Shown: positions 38,543 through 48,141 of the stretch, piece by piece
Layout of the letters: each line of letters starts with the position of its first letter
Numbering within the stretch: the stretch's first letter is position 1
Origin: an uncultured Gemmatimonadales bacterium
Lineage (GTDB): Bacteria > Gemmatimonadota > Gemmatimonadetes > Longimicrobiales > Gaopeijiaceae
Assembly: GCA_963809895.1 (NCBI GenBank)
Contig: CAWELD010000003.1
Location: forward strand, 1,184,001 to 1,248,000
Length of the DNA: 64,000 nucleotides
Reading direction: 5' to 3'
Notes under the pieces: generated by a model
What the model was told of the DNA's origin: nothing
Seen by the model: only the letters and a program-made list of their open reading frames with translations
Database searches by the model: none
Made by a program: the position numbers and the translations under genes

Positions 38543-40081
38543 ATGGAGCCTGGGAAGGGGCCGAGGGGTGGAGTCGAGTTGGTGAGGGATGACCGAGGAG
38601 GGTCCGTCATTCGGCCGGTGCTCGGCATTGTTCTGGTGCTGGCGAGCCTCGCCGCATCCTGCTCCGACCCGTCCCTGACGGAACCGATGGGGCTGGACCG
38701 CGGTCCGGGACCCGACCCACAGGGCGGGCCGGTCACGGCCTTCGTGGACGTGAACGTCGTGCCCATGGACGCGGATCGGACCGTGCAGGGGCAGACGGTC
38801 CTGGTCCAGGACGAGACGATCGTGGAGATCGGCCCGGCGGACTCGGTCCAATTGCCGGACGGTGCCCGGGTCGTGGAAGGCTCTGGACGCTGGCTCATGC
38901 CGGGGCTGGTGGATGCGCATACGCATCTCGGCACGAATCTGTCCGAGTTCACCAACCGGATCCCGCCGCAAGAAGAGCTCCAGGAGATGGCCGAGGGCCA
39001 GATGCTCCTCTACCTGGCCAATGGGGCCACGACGATCCTCAACATGGGGAGCTTCGCGGAGCCGGTGCTCCAGTGGAGGAGCGATGTGATCGAGGGTCTC
39101 TATCCCGGGCCCACCATCTATGCGTCACACTGGCTCCGGGGTCCTCCCGGCACGCCCGACGGGGGGCCGGGGATCTTCGCTCCCACGACACCGGACGAGG
39201 CTCGGGCGTGGGTCCGGGAGACCGCGAACAGCGGCTATCACTTCCTCAAGCTCTACAACTGGCCATCGAAGGCCGTCGTCCTGGCCGCCATGGACGAGGC
39301 AAACACGCAGGGCCTGGCCATCGCCGGTCACTTTCCCCACACCCTGCCCGTTCAGGAGACCCTCGCCTCGGGGATGGACCTGGTGGCCCACGCGGAGGCG
39401 TACCTCTGGACCTTCTTCCACTACGGGGTCAGCGACGAGTTGGTCCCCGACGCCGTGGCCATGACCCAGGGTGCCGGCGCCTCGGTCGCCACAACCCTCG
39501 GGGTGACGAAATGGGAGGCCGCCGTCTGGGGTGGGAACCAGGCCGGGATCGATGCGTTCTGGGCGCTGCCCGAGGTCCGGTACATGCACGCCAGTGAGGT
39601 GGGCCTCCACAAGGAAGGGCTGGACGGCACACGCTGGAATCCGGCGGGAGCGGGGCCCGGCGACTACGACGCACGCTATCAGTTCGTCCTGAGATACACC
39701 CGGGAGTTCTACGACGCCGGCATCCGGCTGCTGGCCGGGACGGATTCGCCCACGGTCCTGGGGGCGGCCGGGTTCTCGCTCCTCCGGGAGCTCGACATCC
39801 TGCAACAGCAGCTGAACCTGAGCCCGTACCAGGTCCTGGAGTTGGCCACCGGAAACCCGGGGGATTTCGTGGACGAGTATGTCCCCGAGGCGAGCCGGTT
39901 CGGTCGCGTGCAAGCGGGTTGGCGGGCGGATCTGCTTCTTCTGAACGGTGATCCGCTGGCGTCTCTGGACAACGTGCGGGACCGGGTGGCGGTCATGGCC
40001 AGGGGAAGGCTCTACACGGAGGACGAACTCCAGGCGGGACTCAAAGAGCTGGCCGCCCGGTACGTCGGAAACGGGGGATGA
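38543..40081 (+). CDS. Amidohydrolase-family lipoprotein (start may be GTG 38582)
   Basis: Lipobox LAASC, PGLVDAHTH, LKLY, AGH, AHAE, AGTDSP, ADLLLL. Confidence 0.88.
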   Translation: MEPGKGPRGGVELVRDDRGGSVIRPVLGIVLVLASLAASCSDPSLTEPMGLDRGPGPDPQGGPVTAFVDVNVVPMDADRTVQGQTVLVQDETIVEIGPADSVQLPDGARVVEGSGRWLMPGLVDAHTHLGTNLSEFTNRIPPQEELQEMAEGQMLLYLANGATTILNMGSFAEPVLQWRSDVIEGLYPGPTIYASHWLRGPPGTPDGGPGIFAPTTPDEARAWVRETANSGYHFLKLYNWPSKAVVLAAMDEANTQGLAIAGHFPHTLPVQETLASGMDLVAHAEAYLWTFFHYGVSDELVPDAVAMTQGAGASVATTLGVTKWEAAVWGGNQAGIDAFWALPEVRYMHASEVGLHKEGLDGTRWNPAGAGPGDYDARYQFVLRYTREFYDAGIRLLAGTDSPTVLGAAGFSLLRELDILQQQLNLSPYQVLELATGNPGDFVDEYVPEASRFGRVQAGWRADLLLLNGDPLASLDNVRDRVAVMARGRLYTEDELQAGLKELAARYVGNGG

Positions 40082-40119
40082 TCGGAGCGGCACGACGGGG
40101 TCGCTGCCATCCCCCCCGA

Positions 40120-40147
40120 TAGGTACAAGACCGCGCTTGCTCCCGTC
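40120..40147 (+). promoter_or_regulatory. Putative ECF-sigma promoter TAGGTACAA-N15-CGTC
   Basis: Intergenic, 35 nt before the thiolase-like gene. Confidence 0.65.
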
Positions 40148-40182
40148 ATACTTTCCGAACGGAAATCGCGGAGGCCCCCGCA

Positions 40183-41346
40183 GTGCTTGAAGGGACAGGA
40201 CGACCCGTGTACATCGCCGGCGTGGCCGAGAGCCCCCTGGGCGAGGTCCACGACGAGACCGAGCTCTCCATGGCCGCGAAGGCCTCTCGGGAGGCCCTCG
40301 CCGAGGCCGGCATGACCCTGGACGACGTCGATGGCCTCCTCGTCAACTACATGGGTGAGGAAGGGTCGGTCCAGGTGGGGGAGTACCTGGGCGTCCAGCC
40401 CCGCTGGGCGGACTCGACCGACATCGGGGGAGGAGCCTTCGAGGCGTTCGTCCACCATGCCGCCACCGCCATCGCCCAAGGCAGGTGCGACGTCGCGCTC
40501 ATCACCTATGCGTCCCGGCAGCGGTCTCGCCGGGCGCGAACCAAGACCAGCGCCATGATGGAGCCCCGGCCCGATTCCCTGTCAGCCCAATTCCAGTCGC
40601 CATTCGGCCTTCCGCAGCCCATCGGCCAGTACGCCCTCATCGCGGCACGCCACATGGCGCAGTTCGGGACGACCTCCGAGCAACTGGCGGAGGTGGCGGT
40701 CGCGGCGCGCGCCTGGGCCGGGATGAACCCGAAGGCGTGGAGCCGTGAGCCCATGACCGTGGAGGACGTGCTCTCCTCTCGCATGATCTCGGATCCCCTC
40801 CACAAGCTGGACTGCTGCCTGGTGACGGACGGGGGTGGAGCCGTCGTGCTCACCCACCGCGACCGGGCTCGGGACGCCGCCAAGCGAGCCATCCGCGTGT
40901 TGGGCGCCGGAGAAAGCCATATGCACTGGCACATCAGTCAGATGCCCGACCTCACGGTGAGCCCGGGGGTCGTATCCGGACGAGAGGCATTCGAGGTCGC
41001 CGGGCTCAGCCCCTCCGACGTCGATGTCCTCGAGCTCTACGACGCGTTCACGATCAACGTCGTCATGCACCTGGAGGATCTGGGCTTCTGCCGGAAGGGG
41101 GAAGGAGGGGCCTTCCTCGAGGACGGAAGGCTCCGCCCCGGCGGGTCCCTGCCCACCAACACACAGGGCGGAGGGCTCTCATACTGCCATCCGGGAGCGT
41201 TCGGGATCCTCCTTCTGGTGGAGGCCGTTCGTCAGCTCCGGGGAGAGTCCGGCGAACGTCAGGTGGAGGGCGCGCGGATCGCCCTCGCGCACGGGATGGG
41301 CGGCGTCCACTCCACGGCCGCGACCGTGCTCCTGGGGCGGGATTGA
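40183..41346 (+). CDS. SCP2/Ltp2-type thiolase-like protein
   Basis: IAGVAE, DCCLVTDGGGA, ELYDAFT, NTQGGGLSYCHPG, EAVRQLRG; DIGGGAF lacks the usual nucleophilic Cys. Confidence 0.88.
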   Translation: MLEGTGRPVYIAGVAESPLGEVHDETELSMAAKASREALAEAGMTLDDVDGLLVNYMGEEGSVQVGEYLGVQPRWADSTDIGGGAFEAFVHHAATAIAQGRCDVALITYASRQRSRRARTKTSAMMEPRPDSLSAQFQSPFGLPQPIGQYALIAARHMAQFGTTSEQLAEVAVAARAWAGMNPKAWSREPMTVEDVLSSRMISDPLHKLDCCLVTDGGGAVVLTHRDRARDAAKRAIRVLGAGESHMHWHISQMPDLTVSPGVVSGREAFEVAGLSPSDVDVLELYDAFTINVVMHLEDLGFCRKGEGGAFLEDGRLRPGGSLPTNTQGGGLSYCHPGAFGILLLVEAVRQLRGESGERQVEGARIALAHGMGGVHSTAATVLLGRD

Positions 41347-42293
41347 TGGCGGCCGACCAGGGAGCCGCTCCCAGGACGCTGGAGGGCAGGGTGGCCATCG
41401 TCACCGGCGCCGGGCGTGGGCTGGGGCGCGCGCACGCTCTTCACCTCGCGGGCCGGGGGGCGGCCGTGGTGGTGAACGACCTCGGGGTGAGCCTGGACGG
41501 ACGGGGCCGAGAGGCGACCGTGGCTCAGGAGGTGGCCGACGAGATCGAGGCCGCCGGTGGCCGAGCGCTGGCCAGCGGCCACGACGTGGGCGACTGGCAA
41601 GAGGCCGCCGAGTTGATCGAGGCCGCGGTCGAAGCATTTGGAGAGCTCCACGTGCTGGTGAACAACGCCGGGATCCTGCGGGACCGGAGCCTGGCGAGGA
41701 TGGAGGAGGCGGAGTTGGACGCGGTTCTTCGCGTGAACCTGAAGGGCCATATCGCGCCGACCTGTCATGCGTTCGCCTACTGGCGGCGACTGGTGAAGGA
41801 AACGGGAGCCCCGGTATCGGCTTCCGTGATCCATACGGCCTCCCCTGTCATCCTGGGCGCCAACCTCGGGCAAGCCGCCTACGGGGCGGCGAAGCTCGGC
41901 GTGGTGGGCCTTTCCGCCACGGCCGACCTCGAAGGCGAGCGGTACGGAATCCGCTCGAACGCGGTAGCGCCCTCAGCGCGGACCCGCATGACCACCGCAG
42001 GCACGCAGGATGGCGGGGATCTGGTCGCCAGGCCGGGCGATGCGGAGGCCTTCGATCCATGGGACCCGGCGAACGTGTCGGCTCTCGTGGGCTGGCTGGC
42101 CCGAGCGGAGTGCCCGGCCAGCGGGCAGATCTTCCAGTTGCTCGGCCGGAAGCTCCGGGTGATCTCCATGCCGGCGCCCGTTCACGAGTTGGAGCACGAG
42201 GCCGCACGAGCCTGGACGGAGGAGGCGTTGGACGGAGCATTGGACGGTCGGCTTCTGGAGCGGCGGGACCTCATGCGGTACGTGGAACCGTGA
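41346..42293 (+). CDS. SDR oxidoreductase (peroxisomal MFE-2 / hydroxyacyl-CoA type)
   Basis: TGAGRGLG, VVVNDLG, NNAGILRD, YGAAK. Confidence 0.92.
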   Translation: MAADQGAAPRTLEGRVAIVTGAGRGLGRAHALHLAGRGAAVVVNDLGVSLDGRGREATVAQEVADEIEAAGGRALASGHDVGDWQEAAELIEAAVEAFGELHVLVNNAGILRDRSLARMEEAELDAVLRVNLKGHIAPTCHAFAYWRRLVKETGAPVSASVIHTASPVILGANLGQAAYGAAKLGVVGLSATADLEGERYGIRSNAVAPSARTRMTTAGTQDGGDLVARPGDAEAFDPWDPANVSALVGWLARAECPASGQIFQLLGRKLRVISMPAPVHELEHEAARAWTEEALDGALDGRLLERRDLMRYVEP

Positions 42294-42321
42294 AGAAGCA
42301 CCTCCGAGCAGGGCTCACTCC

Positions 42322-43503
42322 GTGACACTCGACGTCCGCCGCATGCGCGACTCCGAGCGGGAAGCGATGCTGGAGATGCACATGCAAGCCTTCCGCTTGC
42401 CCCCCTACCGGGAGGCCAGGGTCCGCGCGACTCCCCTCGAGGAAGGGTGGGTCGTCGAGGACGCGGGGAGACTCGTGGGAGGGCTGCGGGCCGAATGCCT
42501 CGCTCAGTACTTCGGCGGACGGCCCGTGCCGAGCGCGGCGGTCAGCGCTGTGAAGGTGGCGCCGGAGGCGCGGGGGCGAGGCATTGGAGGACTCCTCCTT
42601 CGCCAGGTGCTCGACGAACTGAGGCAGGAGGGCGAGTTCCTCTCCTTCCTGTATCCCTCCAGCATCGGGTTCTACCGCCGGGTCGGCTACGAGGTGGCAT
42701 TCGGGCATTCCCGCTATGGCCTGTCGCTCCATCAGCTCCCCCGCGAAGGGTCTCTGGTGGCGGAGCCGTGGGAGGACGGCGAGCTCGAAGAGGTCAAGGA
42801 CTGCTACGAGAGGGTGGCTCGGGCTTCGACCGGGCTCGTGGCACGCTCCGCCGACTGGTGGGACGAGCGCATCCTGTCGTCCCGACAAGGAGAGCGCGTC
42901 TATCGGTACGCGGTCCGAACGGGAGGGAAGCTGACCGGCTACGTGGTCTACACCCACGAGGCGGCGTCGGCCGACCTTCCCTACGCCTTCGCCCTCTCGT
43001 GCCGGGACCTGGTGTGGGAGGACGCGGAGAGCGCCTCCTCCCTGCTGGCCTTCGCGTCCGCCAACGCGGGCCTAGGCGTGGAACTGGAGTGGCCCGGCTC
43101 ACCGCTGGATCCGCTCCTGACGTCGCTCACCGGCCAGCTCCCCCGCGCGATCTCCAGCCTGCCGGGAATGGTGCGGCTCATCGACGTGCGGGGCGCGCTG
43201 GAAGCCAGGGGCTACCCGGACGACGTCGAAGCGACGGTGGAGTTGGAGGTGTCCGACCCCTGCATTCCCGCCAACGAAGGGACCGTGCGACTGACGGTGG
43301 CGGGAGGGAGCGGGCACGTTGAGAGCGTGTCGAGCGCGGCGGCCAGAGTCGGGGTCGACGCGCTGGCGGCGCTCTACACCGGCTGGCTCCCCGCCGGGAG
43401 CTTGGCGCGATTGGGTCGGATCCAGGATGCCAGGCCGGAGACGTTGCGTACGCTCGAGAAGCTCTTTCTGGGGCCCACGCCCTGGGTCGTAGCCGTGTTC
43501 TGA
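42322..43503 (+). CDS. Eis-like GNAT acetyltransferase with C-terminal SCP2-like domain
   Basis: VAPEARGRGIG, LYPS..FYRRVGY, MVRLIDVRGALEARGY, LAALYTG. Confidence 0.88.
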   Translation: MTLDVRRMRDSEREAMLEMHMQAFRLPPYREARVRATPLEEGWVVEDAGRLVGGLRAECLAQYFGGRPVPSAAVSAVKVAPEARGRGIGGLLLRQVLDELRQEGEFLSFLYPSSIGFYRRVGYEVAFGHSRYGLSLHQLPREGSLVAEPWEDGELEEVKDCYERVARASTGLVARSADWWDERILSSRQGERVYRYAVRTGGKLTGYVVYTHEAASADLPYAFALSCRDLVWEDAESASSLLAFASANAGLGVELEWPGSPLDPLLTSLTGQLPRAISSLPGMVRLIDVRGALEARGYPDDVEATVELEVSDPCIPANEGTVRLTVAGGSGHVESVSSAAARVGVDALAALYTGWLPAGSLARLGRIQDARPETLRTLEKLFLGPTPWVVAVF

Positions 43504-45431
43504 TGAGGATTCCCATGAGAGGTTGCCCCGTGACGTCCATGCAGAGGGCCCCCCGTATCCTGGCGGCATTCGCGTTCCTGGTGATCGCCGGAGTCATGCG
43601 CTCGGAGACACCCCTGGTCGCCCAGACATATCCCGGGGCTCCGGGACCGTACGCGGTGCGCGTCGACTCGACCGTGTTCATCACCCTTTCCGACGGCGTC
43701 CGACTGGCGGCCGACCTGTATGTCCCGTCCGGGGTGGGCCAGCAGGTCCCCGCCATCGTATGGCGCACACCCTACGACAAGAACCGGTTCCGGGACCGTG
43801 ACCCGCAACTGCGGGTCCTCGCGTCGCACGGCTACGTCGTCGTGGCGGAAGACGTGAGAGGGCGGTTCGAATCTGAGGGGGTCTTCAACGTCCAGGCCGA
43901 CGACGCGAAGGACGGCTACGAGACCATCGAGTGGGTGGCCGATCAGCCATGGTCCGACGGCAAGGTGGGGATGTTCGGGTGCTCGTACTCGGGGGAGGCC
44001 CAGATCCTGGCGGCGCCCCGCCACCCTCCGCACCTGACGGCCATGATCCCCCGGGCGGCTGGGGCCCCGGCCCGTTGGCTGGGTGGGTACAACGGCGGGG
44101 CCTTCGAGCTGGCCCTGCCGTTCAATTGGTTTCGGGAGAACGCAAGCAAGGTGCACCTGGTCCCCGCGGCCGGGATACCGGACTCGCTTTTCCGGAAGGC
44201 ACTTCCGTATCTGCAGATGACGTCCCACGTGGAGCCGACGGACTATCGTGCCCTGTGGCGCACGCTGCCGCTGGTGGGGATGGTGGAACGATCCGGGGCG
44301 CCGCCCACCGACTTCGACGCCTTCGTGTCGCACCCGCCTCCGGATCCGTGGTGGAATCGGTTCGGCCTCCCGTCGGACACGATGACCTACGAAGTGCCGG
44401 CGCTGCAGGTGAGCTCCTGGTACGACTACGGCGTCGCTCAGACGCTGGACCTGATGAATCGGATGTATCGCCAGGCCAGCAACGATGCGGGGCGCCAACA
44501 GTACGTGGTGATCTCCCCCACGACCCACTGCGGCTCCGAAGCCGCCACGGAGCGGACGATGGTGGGGAACCGCGACGTCGGAGACGCCCGCTTCGACTAC
44601 GCCACGCTCTACCTCGACTGGTGGGACCGCTGGCTGCGGGGCAACCAGGAAGCCCTCGATGGATGGCCCACGGTCCGATACTACGTGATGGGCAGGGGCG
44701 AGTGGCGGACGGCCGACGCCTGGCCGATACCGGGGACGGACTTCACGAAGTACTACTTCCATTCGGACGGACGGGCCAACAGTCGCTTCGGGGATGGCAC
44801 GCTGTCGACCGAGATGCCGAGTGGGGATGAGCCCGCGGATCGGTACGTCTATGACCCGGACGTCCCGGTGCCCAGCGTGGGAGGGCCGCTTTGCTGCACG
44901 GGCTCGCCGGACTGGCCGGCGGGCGCGTTCGATCAGTCCGAGGTGGAAGCCCGGAACGACATCCTCGTTTACACCACGGCGCCCCTGGAGCGGGGCGTGG
45001 AGGCCACCGGGCCCCTGAGGGCGGTGCTCCAGGTGTCGTCCGATGCCCGCGACACGGACTTCACGATGAAGCTCGTGGACGTCTATCCCGACGGACGGGC
45101 GTTCAACGTGCAGGAGGGGATCCTCCGCGCGCGGTACCGCGAAGGTCTCGATCGACAGGTGTGGATGGAGCCGGGCGGGGTCTACCAGGTGGAGATCGAC
45201 CTCCAGGTGACCAGCAACTACTTCCCGGCCGGACACCGGATCCGCGTCGAGGTCTCGAGCTCCAACTTCCCCCGCTTCGACCGAAACCTGAACACCGGCG
45301 GGAAGAACTGGGATGAGACGGAGTGGAAGGTCGCGCGGAACGTGATCCACCATTCCGCGGCTCACCCGTCCTATCTGATCCTCCCGGTCATTCCGGATGC
45401 AGACGGCGCGGCCGAGCCCGCGGGCCGCTGA
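43503..45431 (+). CDS. Secreted CocE/NonD (S15-type) serine hydrolase
   Basis: DGVRLAADLY, RTPY, DVRGRFESEG, GCSYSG, WYD, SSNFPRFDRN; signal peptide. Confidence 0.93.
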   Translation: MRIPMRGCPVTSMQRAPRILAAFAFLVIAGVMRSETPLVAQTYPGAPGPYAVRVDSTVFITLSDGVRLAADLYVPSGVGQQVPAIVWRTPYDKNRFRDRDPQLRVLASHGYVVVAEDVRGRFESEGVFNVQADDAKDGYETIEWVADQPWSDGKVGMFGCSYSGEAQILAAPRHPPHLTAMIPRAAGAPARWLGGYNGGAFELALPFNWFRENASKVHLVPAAGIPDSLFRKALPYLQMTSHVEPTDYRALWRTLPLVGMVERSGAPPTDFDAFVSHPPPDPWWNRFGLPSDTMTYEVPALQVSSWYDYGVAQTLDLMNRMYRQASNDAGRQQYVVISPTTHCGSEAATERTMVGNRDVGDARFDYATLYLDWWDRWLRGNQEALDGWPTVRYYVMGRGEWRTADAWPIPGTDFTKYYFHSDGRANSRFGDGTLSTEMPSGDEPADRYVYDPDVPVPSVGGPLCCTGSPDWPAGAFDQSEVEARNDILVYTTAPLERGVEATGPLRAVLQVSSDARDTDFTMKLVDVYPDGRAFNVQEGILRARYREGLDRQVWMEPGGVYQVEIDLQVTSNYFPAGHRIRVEVSSSNFPRFDRNLNTGGKNWDETEWKVARNVIHHSAAHPSYLILPVIPDADGAAEPAGR

Positions 45432-45448
45432 GTCGGAGGACCGTAAGG

Positions 45449-46633
45449 ATGCGCGAGGCGGTAGTTCTCGAGGCGGTTCGCACGCCTGTGGGAAAGCGAG
45501 GGAAGAGCCTCTCGAAGGTGCATCCCGTCGACCTTCTGGGTGACGTCCTGAATGGGGTCGTAGCCCGGGCGAGCATTCCGGCAGAAGCCGTGGAGGACGT
45601 GGTCGCCGGTTGCGTGACCCAGGCCGGGGAGCAGTCGGCTAACGTCGCCCGCCACGCTTGGCTGGCGGCGGGGCTCCCCGAGGCCGTTCCTGCGACGACC
45701 ATCGATCGTCAGTGCGGCTCCAGCCTCCAGGCCATCCAGTTCGCGGCTCAGTCCGTCCTGGCCGGCACCTTCGACCTCGTCCTGGCATGCGGGGTGGAAT
45801 CGATGAGCCGCGTGCCCATGGGGTCAGCCATGCGGGACGGGCCGGGTTGGCCCATCTCCGACGCGCTGGGTCGACGCTATTCGCTAGGAGAACACGGCGC
45901 CTTCGACCAGGCGGCCGGCGCGGCCTGGATCGCCAGGGAATGGGGGTTCGGAAGACCCGAGCTGGATCGGCTGGCGTACGAGAGCCACATGCGGGCCGCG
46001 GCGGCACGCGCGGAAGGCCGCTTTGAACGGGAGATCCTCCCGGTGGAGGCTCCCACCGCCGATGGCGGCTCCGTCGCCGTGGATACGGACGAAGGCATCC
46101 GTCCCGACACCACGCCCGAGCAACTCGCGGGGCTCGAACTCGCGTTCGAGGGGGTGGACCTCATCACCGCCGGCAACTCCTCTCAGATCTCCGATGCGGC
46201 GGCGGCAGTCCTGATCGGCACCCCTCGGAAGGCCGCGGAGCTCGGGCTGCGGCCGCGGGCCAGGGTGGTGGGGCTCAGCACCGTCGGGGTGGACCCCGTC
46301 AGCATGCTCACGGGACCGATCCCGGCGACCTGGAAGGTGCTGGAGCGGACCGGCCTCGGGATCGACGACATCGACCTCTTCGAGGTGAACGAGGCCTTCG
46401 CGTCCGTGGTGTTGGCGTGGCAGAGGGAGACCGGAGCGCCCTGGGACCGGGTCAACGTAAACGGCAGCGGAATCTCGTTGGGCCATCCCCTCGGCGCGAC
46501 GGGGGCTCGGATCGTTACGACGCTCCTCCACGAGCTCGAAAGAAGAGAAGGACGCTACGGCCTCGTCGCCATCTGCGAAGGCGGGGGAATGGCGAACGCG
46601 GCGATCTTCGAGCGGCTGGACCCAACGGCATGA
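45449..46633 (+). CDS. Acetyl-CoA C-acyltransferase (thiolase)
   Basis: RTPVGK, DRQCGSS, EVNEAFA, GHPLGATG, ICEGGG. Confidence 0.95.
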   Translation: MREAVVLEAVRTPVGKRGKSLSKVHPVDLLGDVLNGVVARASIPAEAVEDVVAGCVTQAGEQSANVARHAWLAAGLPEAVPATTIDRQCGSSLQAIQFAAQSVLAGTFDLVLACGVESMSRVPMGSAMRDGPGWPISDALGRRYSLGEHGAFDQAAGAAWIAREWGFGRPELDRLAYESHMRAAAARAEGRFEREILPVEAPTADGGSVAVDTDEGIRPDTTPEQLAGLELAFEGVDLITAGNSSQISDAAAAVLIGTPRKAAELGLRPRARVVGLSTVGVDPVSMLTGPIPATWKVLERTGLGIDDIDLFEVNEAFASVVLAWQRETGAPWDRVNVNGSGISLGHPLGATGARIVTTLLHELERREGRYGLVAICEGGGMANAAIFERLDPTA

Positions 46634-48141
46634 ACGAAGCGGGACGAGTGGACCCACACCGGATCTCCTATGGACATCGGGTCTCGGATCTCGCAGCCCG
46701 CCATCCAGATCAAACGGCGATCCGGGTCGTGGGGAGCGACGGTGTGGAGACCGGGACCAGTTGGCGCGAGCTCGATCTGAGATCGAACCGCCTGGCCAGA
46801 CTCCTGCAGCGAAGGGGAGTCGGGCAGGATTCGACCGTGGTGGTGGGGCTCCCCAACTCCTTGGAGCACTACCTCGCCACACTCGCAACATGGAAGCTCG
46901 GCGCGTGCGTGCTCACGCTCTCCCACCGACTTCGGCTCGAAGAGCGGGATTCCATCCTCGATGTCGCGGGCGCTACCCTGGTCATCGGGCTCTGGCGGGA
47001 TCTCTCCGGCCCGACCATCTCACCCCAGGAGCTGGCCGACCTGGATGGGTTCCCGTCGGACGCCCTTCCCGAGGTCGTGCCGCACCCGGGCAAGGCGGTC
47101 GCGTCCGGAGGCTCCACGGGCCGCCCCAAGGTCATCGTGGACCCGACACCCTGGACCGAGAGACCAGGCCGGCTGGCCGAGCGGCTGGGCCCGCCCATCG
47201 GCTTCGCCCGGGGGCAGATCCAGCTCGTGGCCGGCCCGCTCTACCACAACGCTCCATTCGTCGCGAGCCACTGGGGGCTCTTCGAGGGACACACCCTCGT
47301 CGTCATGGAACGCTTTGATGCCGAACGGTGGGTGACCCTGGTGGAGCGTCATCGGGTCGAGTTCGGGGTCCTGGTCGCCACCATGATGAGGCGCATTCTC
47401 CAGGTGCCCGACCTGAGCCCACGGCGCGTGGCGAGCATCCGGGCCATCTATCACACGGGTGGCAGTCTACCGCGATGGGTCATGCGGGAGTGGATCGACC
47501 TGCTCGGACCGGAGCACGTCTACGACGCGTACGGCTCCACCGAGAACATGGGCTCGACGTCGATTCGAGGAGACGAATGGCTCCGACATCCCGGTAGCGT
47601 GGGCCGGCCGTTCGACTGCGAGGTGCGGATCCTGGACGAAGACGGTGCGCCCCTCCCGGCCGGAGAGACGGGTGAAATCTGGACCCGGCCGCGTGCCGAA
47701 GAGCCCACGTACGAGTATCTGGGCGCGGCGCCGGCACGCGCCACGGACGACGGGTTCGTCAGCGTCGGAGACCTCGGTTGGCTGGACGAGGACGGATACC
47801 TGTACGTGGCGGATCGACGAACCGATCTCATCATCTCAGGCGGTGTGAACGTATATCCCGCGGAGGTAGAGGCAGTCCTCGTCCGCCATCCGTCCGTGGC
47901 GGACGCGGTGGTCATCGGGCTCCCGGACCCGGAGTGGGGCAAACGGGTCCACGCGCTGGTTCAGCCACGGGAGCCGGACTCGCCCTTTGACTTCCAACAA
48001 CTGGAGGCATTCGTGCGAGAGCGCGTGAGCGGCGCCAAGGTGCCCAAATCTTGGGAATCCGTTTCCTCGCTCCCTCGCAACGAAGCGGGCAAGATCCGGC
48101 GCTCGGCCCTCGGGGCAACGCGCGGACAGGACGGCGCATGA
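46630..48141 (+). CDS. AMP-binding acyl-CoA ligase (bile acid-CoA ligase-like subgroup)
   Basis: SGGSTGRPK, GPLYHNAP, YGSTE, GDLG, IISGGVNVYPAEVE, GKI. Confidence 0.92.
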   Translation: MNEAGRVDPHRISYGHRVSDLAARHPDQTAIRVVGSDGVETGTSWRELDLRSNRLARLLQRRGVGQDSTVVVGLPNSLEHYLATLATWKLGACVLTLSHRLRLEERDSILDVAGATLVIGLWRDLSGPTISPQELADLDGFPSDALPEVVPHPGKAVASGGSTGRPKVIVDPTPWTERPGRLAERLGPPIGFARGQIQLVAGPLYHNAPFVASHWGLFEGHTLVVMERFDAERWVTLVERHRVEFGVLVATMMRRILQVPDLSPRRVASIRAIYHTGGSLPRWVMREWIDLLGPEHVYDAYGSTENMGSTSIRGDEWLRHPGSVGRPFDCEVRILDEDGAPLPAGETGEIWTRPRAEEPTYEYLGAAPARATDDGFVSVGDLGWLDEDGYLYVADRRTDLIISGGVNVYPAEVEAVLVRHPSVADAVVIGLPDPEWGKRVHALVQPREPDSPFDFQQLEAFVRERVSGAKVPKSWESVSSLPRNEAGKIRRSALGATRGQDGA

